A stretch of 64,000 bases of DNA from Leptospira sp. (GCA_034439575.1 JAWXAQ010000002.1:160001-224000), one strand, 5' to 3'; shown: positions 30,365 to 41,865, counted from the stretch's first letter. Notes: generated from the letters alone by a model not told the origin. Translations and numbers: made by a program.

Positions 30365-31531
30365 ATGTCCTCTCAACAAAATTTCATATTTACGTCCGAA
30401 TCTGTATCAGAAGGACACCCGGACAAGGTCTGTGACCAAGTATCCGATGCCATTTTAGACGCATTCCTAGCCCAAGATCCAAAATCACGCGTAGCTTGCG
30501 AAACTCTCGTGACAACAAACCTAGTCGTCATCGCGGGCGAAATCACAAGTAAAGGAAAAGTGGATACTTCAGAAGTAGCACGTGATGTGATTCGCAAAAT
30601 CGGTTATAACGATATCAATATGTATTTTGATGCTGATTATGCGGTAGTATCTTCCCATGTTCATGCTCAGTCTCCAGACATTGCCCAAGGAGTGAATGAA
30701 GGTGAAGGTCTTCATAAAGAACAAGGAGCAGGTGACCAAGGATTGATGTTTGGTTTTGCCATCAATGACACTCCAGAACTTATGCCGGCACCTATTTTTT
30801 ATTCACATAAATTATTAGAACTTTTAGCTGAGCTTCGTCATTCAGGAAAAATTAAATGGCTTAGACCTGATTCAAAATCTCAAGTTACCATCCAGTATGA
30901 AAATGGAAAACCAAAGACAGTAGATACAGTGGTTATCTCAACACAACATACTCCTGGTGTAACTCATGCAGAAATTGAACAAGCAGTGATTGAAGAGTGT
31001 ATCAAAAAAGTAATCCCAAAAGAACTTTTAGGGAACCCTCGTTATTTTATTAATCCTACTGGAAAATTCGAAATCGGTGGTCCTCACGGCGATACTGGTC
31101 TAACGGGAAGAAAAATCATCGTAGATACTTATGGTGGGATGGGACGTCATGGTGGCGGGGCATTCTCTGGAAAGGATCCATCTAAAGTGGACCGTTCTGC
31201 GGCGTATATTGGCCGTTATATTGCAAAAAACGTAGTCGCAGCTGGTCTTGCTCACAAATGTGAAGTCCAATTAGCATATGCTATTGGTGTGGCAGAACCT
31301 GTATCCGTTTTAGTTGATACTTTTGGAACCAACACGATTCCTGAAGCGGAAATTGAAAAACGGATCAAAGCAAATTTCAAACTCACACCTAAGGGCATCG
31401 TTGAATCATTAGATTTACTCGGTAAAGGTAGAAAGTACCAAGAAACAGCCGCTTATGGGCATTTTGGTAGATCAGGATCTACATTTACTTGGGAAAAAAC
31501 TGACAAAGCAGAAGCACTTAAAAAAGGATAA
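30365..31531 (+). CDS. metK: S-adenosylmethionine synthetase
   Basis: [28 protein letters not shown]. Confidence 0.99.
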   Translation: MSSQQNFIFTSESVSEGHPDKVCDQVSDAILDAFLAQDPKSRVACETLVTTNLVVIAGEITSKGKVDTSEVARDVIRKIGYNDINMYFDADYAVVSSHVHAQSPDIAQGVNEGEGLHKEQGAGDQGLMFGFAINDTPELMPAPIFYSHKLLELLAELRHSGKIKWLRPDSKSQVTIQYENGKPKTVDTVVISTQHTPGVTHAEIEQAVIEECIKKVIPKELLGNPRYFINPTGKFEIGGPHGDTGLTGRKIIVDTYGGMGRHGGGAFSGKDPSKVDRSAAYIGRYIAKNVVAAGLAHKCEVQLAYAIGVAEPVSVLVDTFGTNTIPEAEIEKRIKANFKLTPKGIVESLDLLGKGRKYQETAAYGHFGRSGSTFTWEKTDKAEALKKG

Positions 31532-31533
31532 AT

Positions 31534-32499
31534 ATGGGAGCACCTAGCCAATCAACAACGGACAAAAAAGCAACTCGAGATTCCTACGGGGAAGCATTAG
31601 TTGAGTTAGGTGCTACAAATCCAAACATCGTTGTTTTGGATGCCGATTTATCTGGTTCTACGAAAACTGCCGATTTTAAAAAAAAGTATCCAGAAAGATT
31701 TTTTAATATAGGTGTCGCCGAACAAAACCTTGTCGGACATGCCGCGGGTCTCGCTCTATCTGGTTTTATTCCTTTTGCATCTTCTTTTGCTATGTTTCTC
31801 TCTGGACGCGCATGGGAAATCGTGAGAAACAGTGTCGTGTATCCAAAGTTAAATGTAAAGCTTGTGGCATCTCACGGTGGGATAACTGTTGGGGAAGATG
31901 GCGCTTCCCACCAATGTATTGAAGACTTTGCCATCATGCGAGTGATTCCAGAAATGACTGTTATTTGCCCTGCTGATTTCAATGAGACAAAACAAGTCAT
32001 TCACGCGATTGCCGCATACAACGGCCCTGTGTATGTGCGAGTAGGGCGACCTGCAATACCTGTCATAGAAAGAGAAAATTATAAATTTCAAATTGGCAAA
32101 GCAGAAGTGTTAGCAGAAGGAAAAGATGTTTGTATCATTGCCTGTGGTGTGATGGTTTCTGAAGCTATGATTGCCGTTGAATTATTAAAGGCAAAGGGTA
32201 TTAACGCAAGTTTACTCAATATGGCAACCATCAAACCGCTTGATAAAGAAGCCATTCTCGCCAAAGCAAAAGAATGCGGTGCTATTGTCACTGCGGAAGA
32301 ACACAACGTAATCGGTGGACTTGGGTCTGCTGTTTCTGAATTTTTATCCGAAGAATTTCCGGTGCCAATTCTGAAAGTAGGTATGAAAGATACTTTTGGA
32401 AAATCAGGTACATGGAGTGGTCTACTTGATTATTTTGGCATGCGCGCCAAAGACATTGTCGAACACGTAGAAAAAGCAATCGCCAAAAAATCAAAATAA
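31534..32499 (+). CDS. Transketolase C-terminal subunit
   Basis: [32 protein letters not shown]; no TPP-binding N-terminal half. Confidence 0.93.
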   Translation: MGAPSQSTTDKKATRDSYGEALVELGATNPNIVVLDADLSGSTKTADFKKKYPERFFNIGVAEQNLVGHAAGLALSGFIPFASSFAMFLSGRAWEIVRNSVVYPKLNVKLVASHGGITVGEDGASHQCIEDFAIMRVIPEMTVICPADFNETKQVIHAIAAYNGPVYVRVGRPAIPVIERENYKFQIGKAEVLAEGKDVCIIACGVMVSEAMIAVELLKAKGINASLLNMATIKPLDKEAILAKAKECGAIVTAEEHNVIGGLGSAVSEFLSEEFPVPILKVGMKDTFGKSGTWSGLLDYFGMRAKDIVEHVEKAIAKKSK

Positions 32500-32516
32500 G
32501 AGCCTGGAGAAATTGG

Positions 32517-32849
32517 GTGAACGTATTATCTAATACAGCCCAACCAGGAATCCTCGAAGAAACCGAGGTCTTCATCAAACCAGGGTTTAGTGGACCTTGG
32601 CGGGTTGTACTTTGGGATGATGACCATCATACGTATGACTATGTCATTGAAATGTTGATCGATGTTTGTCAAATGTCTCTGGAAAAAGCATTCAAACATG
32701 CTATTGAAGTGGATACTCTCAAACGGACCACAGTATTTTCAGGCGAATTAGAACACGCAGAATTTATACATGAAAAAATCATCACTTATGGCCCAGATCC
32801 CAGGATGACCACATCGAAAGGATCTATGACGGCTACTTTGGAAAATTAG
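32517..32849 (+). CDS. clpS: Clp protease adaptor ClpS
   Basis: WRVVLWDDDHHTYDYVIEML; C-terminal TATLE. Confidence 0.88.
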   Translation: MNVLSNTAQPGILEETEVFIKPGFSGPWRVVLWDDDHHTYDYVIEMLIDVCQMSLEKAFKHAIEVDTLKRTTVFSGELEHAEFIHEKIITYGPDPRMTTSKGSMTATLEN

Positions 32850-33138
32850 GAAATTCAAATATTCTATTTTACTGATATCTCAATATAATATTGAAAAGAA
32901 AGCTGAAATGGATTTTTCCTTGAATTTTAATATTGATTTGGATAAAAAGTATAATTCTTGTTTGGTTGTGATTTTATATATGAATTTGTGAATGATTTTG
33001 AATATGGAAAATTTCGGAATTTTGAAATATTTATCAAATATGTGTAATCGAATTTTACAATATTCCTAATTAAAATTAATTCTAATTTAGAATTCATCCT
33101 AAAATATCTTGCTAAGAGAACGGAATTTAATAAAATAA

Positions 33139-34014
33139 TTAATCTTTTTTCTCCAGTGCAAATAGTCGTGAAGGAACTTCTATAGTTGAGACAGGTTCAT
33201 TTGTATCAGTTTTTACATTTGTCAAAGGGTTGTAGGTATCTAAACTCATTTCACCATCAATGATGAATTGATAATGATAGGCATCTTTTGGTAATAACTT
33301 TTTTTCCAAAACAAAAACGCCGTTTCTATCTTTTTTTAGAAAATCATTTTCTGGATTCCAATCATTAAAATCCCCGACAAGACTTACGACTTCCGCATTG
33401 GGCAAATAAATTTGAAAACGCACAGTTCTTAAATCAAATTCTTCATTATTGGAATCATCCAGAACAATCGAAGAGATTTGTCTATTGGTATCTTTTTTAT
33501 TTAAAATATAACGAGAAATATATGATCCAGATCCATCTTCAATTCGTTCTTGATTTTCAGTATCATAGGTGAGTAACCCATTGACTCTGAATTTATATTC
33601 ATAAATACTCTCGTCTTCATAATGTTCATTGATAAGGGTCGGTTCTATAACAGTGTAATAGATACCGAATTTATTGCGCTTCATGGGTAAACATTCCCAA
33701 TGATTGAAATTTCCACATAACTCAACACTTTCATCGCGAAGACCATTGTATGAAAAAAGGATGCCTCGTTTCAGGAGTTTGTTTGTTTCTAGATAAGACT
33801 CCACATCTAAATACCGGATGTATCTGGGGCTTATATTTTTTTTAAGGCTCTCCAATTGCCAAAGATAATAGACTTTTTCCTGGTCTTCTACCTCTTCTTG
33901 CATCTCGAGTTCTTGCGAAGAGAAACCGCCCACCCAATCCAAGGCCTCTTGGCCAAAAATACCGACAGAAATAAAAAATAGGGCTAATAATATATAAATC
34001 TTTCGTTTTTGCAT
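33139..34014 (-). CDS. Exported protein with two CBM48/AMPK-beta-like glycogen-binding domains
   Basis: Signal peptide from the Met at 34014; CGNFNHW...YEYKFRVNG and VGDFNDW...YHYQFIIDG. Confidence 0.8.
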   Translation of the reverse strand: MQKRKIYILLALFFISVGIFGQEALDWVGGFSSQELEMQEEVEDQEKVYYLWQLESLKKNISPRYIRYLDVESYLETNKLLKRGILFSYNGLRDESVELCGNFNHWECLPMKRNKFGIYYTVIEPTLINEHYEDESIYEYKFRVNGLLTYDTENQERIEDGSGSYISRYILNKKDTNRQISSIVLDDSNNEEFDLRTVRFQIYLPNAEVVSLVGDFNDWNPENDFLKKDRNGVFVLEKKLLPKDAYHYQFIIDGEMSLDTYNPLTNVKTDTNEPVSTIEVPSRLFALEKKD

Positions 34015-34161
34015 GGGTTTTAGTTTGTGCTTTTTACATATTTCGGCAGATTTTTGAAAAGAGAATAAGAGCTTTTTTATCAGAATAGATCTGACATAAT
34101 TAAAAAAAAATTCTGCCAATTTTCAGGTAGGCCGATATTTAAGGAGGAAACGCATTCTTAA

Positions 34162-37100
34162 ATGGCCGAGCCTAAAGATAACTTATCACCGGAAGAAGTA
34201 CAACAGATCGAAAGTTTACTTTCGGCTTTGAACAAGAATCCGCTTTCATCGGAAGATTTAAATCCGATGGCTCGCTTGTTACGCGAGAAACTTGGTTATA
34301 CCGAACCCATACAAATTCCTGAAGAAGAGACTGAATATGCTGACGAGGATGAATCTTCGGAAACTCCTGGAGATGATTCTTTAGATGCGGATGATCCATT
34401 TGCAGAAAAGCCAAGTGATGAAGATGGCCCGCCTCCATTTCGTGATTTAGAAAGCGAAGATGATGATATAGATCTCGATGCCTTACTTAACGAAGGTGGC
34501 CCGAAAAAGGAACCTGCAGTTAAGGAAGAAGATGATTTTTCATTTGATAGTCCTGCTACAACAGATACCGCCGAACTAGGCTTAGATGATTTTGATCAAC
34601 CACCTCAGCCAACTGCAACAGAAACGCCTGCCGCTGATTTTGGTGATGATCCATTTGCAGATTTAGGTGGCGAAAAAGTAGCAGATGATATGGAGATGGA
34701 TTTTTCTCCACCTTCAAACGAGAAAACGGATGATTCCGATCCCTTTGCCGATTTTGATTCTCCTACAAAGCCGGACGAAACATCAGAACTTCCAGAACCA
34801 TCTGGGGAGGATTCAGATCCATTTGCTGATATGGGCGAAGAATCAACTCCAAACAAATCTGATGCTGGCTTTGATGATGATCCTTTTGCCGATATGGGCG
34901 GAGAAACAGCTGCCATAGGTGATGATCCATTCGCAGACATTGGTTCAGGAAGAGCTGAGACTGGCGGTGAAGATCCGTTTGGTGATCTTGGAAATGAACC
35001 GACAACAAACGATGCATTTGGCGAAGATCCTTTCGGTTCCTTGGATGCAGAAGTTCCGGGAAAAACTTCGACATTTGATGATACTCCAGACCCTAGTTTT
35101 GATGATTTAGGATCGGGCTTTGATGATCCGATGCCAACTACCGATTCAAATGCCGACGAAGGCGGGTTTGATGATCCATTCGGCGACCTAGGTGTTGGAA
35201 TGGAGCCTCCAAGCTTAGATGATGACATGGGTGGTGGTGGAACTTCGACTTTTGATGATTTTGCTCCTTCGCTGGATGATATGCCTGTTTCTTCTATGGA
35301 AGCGGGTGATGATTTCGCAACGAGTGGTGGATTAGAAGATGATTTAGATTCTCTCGGGAAAGAAGAAGAACCTGAAGAAGATTTGGATGCAAGTCTTACT
35401 GATGAAGACCTTGCGATTATCCAACGTGAATTAATAAAATACCCGCCAAAACTTCGCAGAACAATCATTGATGCGATCGTTAATAATCGTGTACCAGTTC
35501 GTAACCAAAAAGAAATTGTAGAACTGATCAAGGCTCAACAAAAGCCTGAAGACATAGCAAGTTTCCTTGGCTCACTACTAGGTGAAAAAGTTGAGCTAAC
35601 AGACACTAGTGGTAAATTTTCTGCAGATGGCGTCCCTATCATTGCGAGCAAAGATGCTTATACTCGCGAAGGTGCAATTCGTCGACGCGAATTAATTCGT
35701 AAAACTTTTTTTGCTTCTGCGGCCGCTATATTTCTTGTCGCAGCTTTAATTTCTTTTTATAGGTTTGTTTATATTCCTCGTATGGCAGGAGCTCAGTACG
35801 AATTGGGCTTGGAACAAATTGACGAATACAAAAAAGAAACTGATCCGCAACAAAAGAAAAAGTTACTTACTGATGCAGAAAATTACTTTAACAAAGGTGA
35901 GGGGATTGAACCTTTTAGTTTGATTTATTTAAATAAGTATTGCGATGCCTATACAAAAATTGGCCAATACGATAAGGCTTTCGAAAAATGTTTTGGTAAA
36001 GTGGAACCTGATTTTGGAATGGAAGCTGGCGACCCACAACATGTTCGGTCATGGGAAAAACGCAAAGAAGTCCCTAATATAAGTATTGCGGATAAATCAT
36101 CTTGGAACGATGCAGGAATTTCCCATGCAGGAAAAATTCCAATTCCTGGAATGAGTGTTAGTTTAGTTTCACAAGACAAAGTCCCAAGAAAAATTATCAA
36201 AGCCGGTGCTTATATAGCATCTAGGTTAAAATATAACATTCATGACGGTGATACATACCTTGCCCTTGGCAGATTTCATTCTTTCAATAGAAAGGATTTC
36301 GTAGAGAAAGCACCTGGTTCTACACAAAAATATTATAAGAACGATGCTTTAGCTATAGAATATTTCAAACGAGTGTTTACCGATGCTGGAAATCCTGATA
36401 ATGTGGATGCTACTTCGGGAATCGCTAAAATTTATTATAATAAAAAAGAATATGGAACTGCTGTTAAATATTATAATGATATTATTGAAAAATTTCCAAA
36501 AGACCCGATAGGTCACGGTGGAATCCTTTCAACTTATATCGAAATGTGGAAAAAAGATAACAATCCTCAATACGTATTGAATCATCATAGACAATTAAGA
36601 AATGCATTAGATATCGAAAGCGATTTATCCATGGCAGTTCTTGCCAAATTAGCTTCCTTTTACATTGGCCTTGATTCAGAAGATGTAAGGATTAAATACA
36701 ATATCAATCCTGAAGATCAAGTATCCGGAATGGAAATTGATGACAACGTAGAATACTTGTTAAACATTATATACGGAAAAGAATACGGAAATCGATTTGC
36801 AGAAGGATTTTACCAAAGAGCGAGATTTTATTTTAAAATTAAAGAAGCTAGTCGCGCCTTAAAACAACTAGAACTTGCTGCAACTTATGATTCTAGACAT
36901 TATTTAGCTGTTTTACTAATGGCTGAATACTATATGAAAGTAGAAAATTATGAACAAGCTCGGAGTTTACTGGCAGAGGCTGAATCCAGATATTCTATTC
37001 ATAGACCAGAATTAGGTGAAAGAGATGAAGATGAAACTTTATTGGAAGGCCAACCAGGAAGAATAAACTATAACCTGGGTAAGATGGCTTTTCTTGAATC

Positions 37101-37782
37101 TGCTGGCATCAACAAAGTTGATAATATTAGAGATTATCCTGGTAAAAAAATATACCCTTCTCGAAGTCTTGGAAAATTATCTGAAGAAGAAACACAAAGA
37201 AGAAATGGATTATTTGTAGCCCAAGAGGAATTTAAAAAGGCAATCGATCCAGAACGTGGCATTCTAACGGACGCTAGTTTGATGCGCGAAGTTAATTTTT
37301 ATCTTGGATGGATAGATTATAACCATAATGAATTTGCATCGGCTCTTGACTATTGGGCTGAGCTACCAGAAGAAGACATATATAATAACGCTACCGTCCT
37401 TCTTGGTAAAGGAAATTCTTTTTATTATACTAAGCAGTACAATGCGGCTCTAGGAAATTACCTTAAACTAAAAGACGATTACGAAGAGCGTGAATTATCA
37501 TTAGGTAGACTTGAACCAGAAAATTCGGATCACCAAGAAATTTATCAAACCTTGACTGCATTGTACAACAATATAGGTGCAGTGTATGAGAAAAAACAGG
37601 ATACGATTAACGCTTTGAAATACTATTGGAAGGCTATGGAAACCGCGAGACGTATTGGCATTGTGAGTGAGATTGCCACTTCCAACAAAGATCTGGTATT
37701 CGCGCGTGCAAGACTTGACAGGGAGCCATTACTAGAAGATTGGTTGCCACCAACCCTTGATAAGATTAAAGATATGAAATGA
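34162..37782 (+). CDS. Large TPR membrane protein with acidic N-terminal region (FlcA-like flagellar collar candidate)
   Basis: About 350-aa Asp/Pro/Gly-rich region, a globular segment (LTDEDL...YPPKLR), one TM helix and a periplasmic TPR array. Confidence 0.7.
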   Translation: MAEPKDNLSPEEVQQIESLLSALNKNPLSSEDLNPMARLLREKLGYTEPIQIPEEETEYADEDESSETPGDDSLDADDPFAEKPSDEDGPPPFRDLESEDDDIDLDALLNEGGPKKEPAVKEEDDFSFDSPATTDTAELGLDDFDQPPQPTATETPAADFGDDPFADLGGEKVADDMEMDFSPPSNEKTDDSDPFADFDSPTKPDETSELPEPSGEDSDPFADMGEESTPNKSDAGFDDDPFADMGGETAAIGDDPFADIGSGRAETGGEDPFGDLGNEPTTNDAFGEDPFGSLDAEVPGKTSTFDDTPDPSFDDLGSGFDDPMPTTDSNADEGGFDDPFGDLGVGMEPPSLDDDMGGGGTSTFDDFAPSLDDMPVSSMEAGDDFATSGGLEDDLDSLGKEEEPEEDLDASLTDEDLAIIQRELIKYPPKLRRTIIDAIVNNRVPVRNQKEIVELIKAQQKPEDIASFLGSLLGEKVELTDTSGKFSADGVPIIASKDAYTREGAIRRRELIRKTFFASAAAIFLVAALISFYRFVYIPRMAGAQYELGLEQIDEYKKETDPQQKKKLLTDAENYFNKGEGIEPFSLIYLNKYCDAYTKIGQYDKAFEKCFGKVEPDFGMEAGDPQHVRSWEKRKEVPNISIADKSSWNDAGISHAGKIPIPGMSVSLVSQDKVPRKIIKAGAYIASRLKYNIHDGDTYLALGRFHSFNRKDFVEKAPGSTQKYYKNDALAIEYFKRVFTDAGNPDNVDATSGIAKIYYNKKEYGTAVKYYNDIIEKFPKDPIGHGGILSTYIEMWKKDNNPQYVLNHHRQLRNALDIESDLSMAVLAKLASFYIGLDSEDVRIKYNINPEDQVSGMEIDDNVEYLLNIIYGKEYGNRFAEGFYQRARFYFKIKEASRALKQLELAATYDSRHYLAVLLMAEYYMKVENYEQARSLLAEAESRYSIHRPELGERDEDETLLEGQPGRINYNLGKMAFLESAGINKVDNIRDYPGKKIYPSRSLGKLSEEETQRRNGLFVAQEEFKKAIDPERGILTDASLMREVNFYLGWIDYNHNEFASALDYWAELPEEDIYNNATVLLGKGNSFYYTKQYNAALGNYLKLKDDYEERELSLGRLEPENSDHQEIYQTLTALYNNIGAVYEKKQDTINALKYYWKAMETARRIGIVSEIATSNKDLVFARARLDREPLLEDWLPPTLDKIKDMK

Positions 37783-37811
37783 AAAAAAGATACTTCAAAG
37801 GCTAATTCAAA

Positions 37812-38627
37812 TTAGCCTTTGTATTTAAATCTTTGGATCAACCCAAGTAACAAAAAGTAGACGGTTTCCCACATTCTTCTAATTCGATAAGGCCTAGATA
37901 TAATTCTCCATAACCATGATAAGCCTTTTGATTTAAAATAATCTGGTGCTTTTTTGTCCGATCCAGATAACATATCTAAGGCGCCACCCACTCCAACTAC
38001 TAGAGCTTTACCAAAAAAACCAGTATTGTTTTCAATCCAGATTTCTTGTTCAGGAAAATCCATAGCGAGAAATATAATATCGGGTCCAGTTTTGCGAATG
38101 GCTTCTTTCACTCGCATCTCACGTTGACGATCTAAGTGACCAGCTTGTCTTCCGACAATTCTCACTCTGGGAAAATGTCGTGTTAGGTTAAAGAAAACTC
38201 TCTCTATGATTTCGTCTTTTGATCCAAAAATAAATATAGTAAACTCTTTTAACTCGGCAAGACGAATCAAATCCATCATGACAGCAATCGGAGTCACTCT
38301 TTCTTTAATCCTGCCAGAACTCATCCAATTAATACCAGCACCTTCTACAAGAATCGTACCTGCTTTTTCAGTAATGCGGTGAAGTTGTTTCCCAGGTCTC
38401 ATACGCATCAATTTTATCGGATCTAAAAATAAAACGTAATGCATGGACTCTTTTTTTTCTAAGACTCGAAATAATTTCGCTATAGCTTCGTCTGTTGTAA
38501 CGTTATCTATTGGAACACCCAAAATTTTCAGGGATTCCAATTTAGAGACATCGATATTTTGGTATTCTAGTAGGATGTCTCTTTCTTCCTTTGAGGAATT
38601 GTGAACGATTTCACTTGGTTGCTTCAT
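37812..38627 (-). CDS. WecB/TagA/CpsF glycosyltransferase (GT26)
   Basis: ILGVPIDN, FPEQEIWI, GVGGALD, KAPD...GLSWLWR. Confidence 0.92.
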   Translation of the reverse strand: MKQPSEIVHNSSKEERDILLEYQNIDVSKLESLKILGVPIDNVTTDEAIAKLFRVLEKKESMHYVLFLDPIKLMRMRPGKQLHRITEKAGTILVEGAGINWMSSGRIKERVTPIAVMMDLIRLAELKEFTIFIFGSKDEIIERVFFNLTRHFPRVRIVGRQAGHLDRQREMRVKEAIRKTGPDIIFLAMDFPEQEIWIENNTGFFGKALVVGVGGALDMLSGSDKKAPDYFKSKGLSWLWRIISRPYRIRRMWETVYFLLLGLIQRFKYKG

Positions 38628-38753
38628 CTGAGGTGTGGTTTCCTAGTTTTTCCCATTCAAAAGTGTTGAACGCGGACGTTTTTGTGTCGCCTCTAAATTT
38701 TTCGCAGGTGCTATTTTTTCACTTGGATTTTAAAGGATGAGGCGAAGACTCAA

Positions 38754-39782
38754 TTGAAAATGTATCTCAATTTATATAAAGTTTTAATTGTTTTTTTTAT
38801 TCTAGTTAGCGAGAGTTATGCGGGAAAAGTCAATATATTCGGAACTCTTAAAAATGGAACATTTGGCGGTGTTGGACGTGCTGATTCGATAAAGTTACTC
38901 GCCCTTCAGGGAGCGATGTTGCCCTTAGCGGATTTAGGGCCACAAGTCGGCAATTTTAAGTTTCCCGAACTAGATGCACCAGAAGGTGCACCCATTCTTG
39001 TGCAAGTTGTCTATCAGGGAGTAAATTATAATAAAATGATTCCTCCTGTTCCGACATTTCGTAATGCTTCTCAGGATGTTACAGTTTATGAACTCACTGA
39101 TTCAAAAGAAAAAATAACCATCAAAAGTTTAATGCAAGTTATTCGAGAAAAAAATGGTCTGAGAGTTTTTAAATTATTTTTGATCGATAATCAGAGCAAA
39201 CCGCAAAAATCTTATCTTTCTACAAATTCACCTATCGAATATTATATACCCAAGGATGCTAAGGAAGTTTTTGCACAAGTGCAACAACCAAATTCCAAAA
39301 TGGCGATACCACTTCAAACACCTGAAGGAAAAAATGGCGGCAAAATATTAGATAGAGCTGCACTGCCTGGTATTTCTGAACTACAAGTTTCTTATTTGAT
39401 ACCAAATGATATTGAAATTTTGGAAGAACGACTATTAGTCGAAGGGGATTCCCCATCGTTTCCGATTTTTTTAAAGCCTCAAGATATGAAATTAGAAATA
39501 GTATCAGGTGGCACTCTTAGTAAACTTGAAAAAGATATCCCATCTGGATTAAGTGCATATGCGATAACTGCAACTAGCATACCTAAGGTGATTCGATTTA
39601 CTGTGATCGGTGGTAAACCAATTCCTGCCGCACTCCGAGGAAACCCCGAAATAATAAACGGGACTATCCTGACCACATGGGATACTTCGCTTTTTGCAAT
39701 TGTTGGTTTTCTGGCTTTGTTATTTTCTCTTTCTTTCCTTTTCGTGTATAAAAAATCTTCTTCACAGGTAAATTCCGTATGA
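38754..39782 (+). CDS. Hypothetical exported protein with C-terminal TM anchor
   Basis: Signal peptide, beta-rich body (YQGVNY), C-terminal TM. Overlaps the MFS start by 4 nt. Confidence 0.7.
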   Translation: MKMYLNLYKVLIVFFILVSESYAGKVNIFGTLKNGTFGGVGRADSIKLLALQGAMLPLADLGPQVGNFKFPELDAPEGAPILVQVVYQGVNYNKMIPPVPTFRNASQDVTVYELTDSKEKITIKSLMQVIREKNGLRVFKLFLIDNQSKPQKSYLSTNSPIEYYIPKDAKEVFAQVQQPNSKMAIPLQTPEGKNGGKILDRAALPGISELQVSYLIPNDIEILEERLLVEGDSPSFPIFLKPQDMKLEIVSGGTLSKLEKDIPSGLSAYAITATSIPKVIRFTVIGGKPIPAALRGNPEIINGTILTTWDTSLFAIVGFLALLFSLSFLFVYKKSSSQVNSV

Positions 39783-41143
39783 CTACAAATTCAAAGAATA
39801 AAAAATCACTTTTGCGATTTCTCGGACTGGAGGAATTGGCCGCACATGGTTGGCGTGGGATTTTAGCATTTTGGGTCATACTCGGTATGGCATTCTTCTT
39901 GTTTGGTGACCAGAATTTGATTGCACCAAATATGAAAAACATCGCCAGTTCTCTTGGAATCACCAATCCAGAAGAAGTCGATTGGAAAATGGGTGGATTG
40001 ATTCCAATTTTATTTTTTATTTTAGGTGGGACCGTTTCTCTTTCCATGGGTTATCTTTCCCAATCATTTTCCAGAAAGAATCTATTACTTATCACGGTCA
40101 TGTTAGGTGAAGTTCCTTGTTTGCTTACTGCATACGCTGAAAATTACAATCAGTTTCTAGTTTTGCGAACTTTATGTGGTTTTGGTTTGGGCGGGATTTT
40201 CCCAATCTTATTCAGTCTGATTGGCGATTATTTTTCTGTTCATTCGAGAGCGGTTGCCACTGGATTTGTTTCATTGGCAATGGGCTTAGGTATTGGGGTA
40301 GGTCAATTGATGGGTGGAATATTTGGTGAAGCTGATCCTGTCAATGGTTGGAGATTATCGTTTATCTATATGTCAGTTCCTTCATTTTTCTTTGCCGCCA
40401 TTTATTTATTGTTTTGTGGAGAACCAAAACGTGGTGGGGCGGAAGGTATTGAGGGTGGTGATGAACTTTCGCATAAAATTACTTTAGACGATTTTAAAAT
40501 TTTATTTCAAAATAAAACTAATTTAGGAGTCTTTTTGCAAGGATTACCTGGCTGCATTCCCTGGGGTGTATTTTTCGTTTTCCTTGTAGACTATTATGAA
40601 AATGTGTATGGATTCGGTAAGGCGGAAGCATCGGGACTTGTAACATTCGCCGCCATAGGTGTGTTTGTTGGAACATTTTTCGGTGGTGTAATAGGCCAAT
40701 GGTTATATAATCGAAATAAAAAATACCAACCTATCCTTTGTATGGTGACGACCATGATTGGCGTGATTCCTGCGATAGCCCTATTATATGCTCAAGGAAT
40801 CATTCATAATTCCGCACTCTTTTTAATTTTAAATATTTTTACTGGGATCTTAATTTCTATCACAGGAGCCAATGTTCGTGCTGTATTATTGAACGTAAAT
40901 GTTCCAAAAGCAAGAAGTGCCATTTTTTCGATTTATAATTTAACAGATGATTTAGGCAAAGGGCTAGGGCCTGCCATGTCTGCAATCATTCTAGGATTGA
41001 CACCTGATCGTGGTTTGGCTTTGTCTTTTTCTATTTTATTTTGGATTCCATGTTCTCTTGCATGGTTACTCATCATATTCAATTATGAAAAAGATGAACA
41101 AAATATGCATAATCAATGGGCTTTGGAATTGAAAGGAAAATAG
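39779..41143 (+). CDS. MFS transporter
   Basis: 12 TM; GYLSQSFSRK motif-A variant; RTLCGFGLG; IGDYF...RA. Confidence 0.9.
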   Translation: MTTNSKNKKSLLRFLGLEELAAHGWRGILAFWVILGMAFFLFGDQNLIAPNMKNIASSLGITNPEEVDWKMGGLIPILFFILGGTVSLSMGYLSQSFSRKNLLLITVMLGEVPCLLTAYAENYNQFLVLRTLCGFGLGGIFPILFSLIGDYFSVHSRAVATGFVSLAMGLGIGVGQLMGGIFGEADPVNGWRLSFIYMSVPSFFFAAIYLLFCGEPKRGGAEGIEGGDELSHKITLDDFKILFQNKTNLGVFLQGLPGCIPWGVFFVFLVDYYENVYGFGKAEASGLVTFAAIGVFVGTFFGGVIGQWLYNRNKKYQPILCMVTTMIGVIPAIALLYAQGIIHNSALFLILNIFTGILISITGANVRAVLLNVNVPKARSAIFSIYNLTDDLGKGLGPAMSAIILGLTPDRGLALSFSILFWIPCSLAWLLIIFNYEKDEQNMHNQWALELKGK

Positions 41144-41151
41144 AATTTATA

Positions 41152-41865
41152 ATGAAACACTTTCTTTTGGATATAGAGGGAACGACAGTTCCCATTTCTT
41201 TTGTTCATGATGTGTTATTTCCATTTGCGAGAGAACGTTTATCAAAATTTTTGGAAACTTATAATTTTGAACTGAGTGAATTTACCGAAATTAAACATGA
41301 ATTTGAGAAAGATATAAATGTAGGTTCAGAAGAATTTCTAAAACTTTTTTCTAAAACTGTATCCCTTACTAAAAACGATATTCCAAAATACCTAATTTAT
41401 CTCATTGATATGGATCGAAAATTTGGTCCCTTAAAAAAGATTCAAGGAAAGATATGGAAGGACGGTTATGAGAAGGGTCTATTGAAAAGTACACTTTTTG
41501 AAGATGTGCCAACATTCTTACAAAGAGCTAAAGATAGCAATAACATTTGTTATGTGTATTCTTCAGGAAGTGTGGAAGCTCAGATACTTATATACAAATA
41601 TTCAAATTTTGGTGATCAAACAAATTTTTTTAAAGAATATTTTGATACAGCAATGGGTGGAAAAAAAGATACGCAAAGCTATAAAAACATTGCCCACCAT
41701 CTCAATGTAAAAACCGAAGATATAGTTTTTTTTACTGACATTGTCGATGAAGGTTTTGCTGCAGCTAACGCTGGAATAGAAGCAATTATTTTAGATAGAC
41801 CTGGCAACACAAAACAACCAGATCATAATTTCAAAGTTCTGAAAGATTTACTTTCTTTTTTTTAA
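41152..41865 (+). CDS. mtnC: Enolase-phosphatase E1 (acireductone synthase)
   Basis: LLDIEGTT.PISFVHDVLFP, DRKFGPLKKIQGKIW, YSSGSVEAQ. Confidence 0.93.
   Translation: MKHFLLDIEGTTVPISFVHDVLFPFARERLSKFLETYNFELSEFTEIKHEFEKDINVGSEEFLKLFSKTVSLTKNDIPKYLIYLIDMDRKFGPLKKIQGKIWKDGYEKGLLKSTLFEDVPTFLQRAKDSNNICYVYSSGSVEAQILIYKYSNFGDQTNFFKEYFDTAMGGKKDTQSYKNIAHHLNVKTEDIVFFTDIVDEGFAAANAGIEAIILDRPGNTKQPDHNFKVLKDLLSFF

Noticed and set aside
32850-33138. Very AT-rich 289-bp gap (origin or CRISPR leader?)
   Set aside because: No DnaA-box cluster, direct repeats or spacers seen; it lies between convergent genes.
34605-35531. 308-aa Ser-rich antisense ORF
   Set aside because: Shadow of the Asp-rich low-complexity region on the plus strand (GAT repeats read as TCA/TCG).
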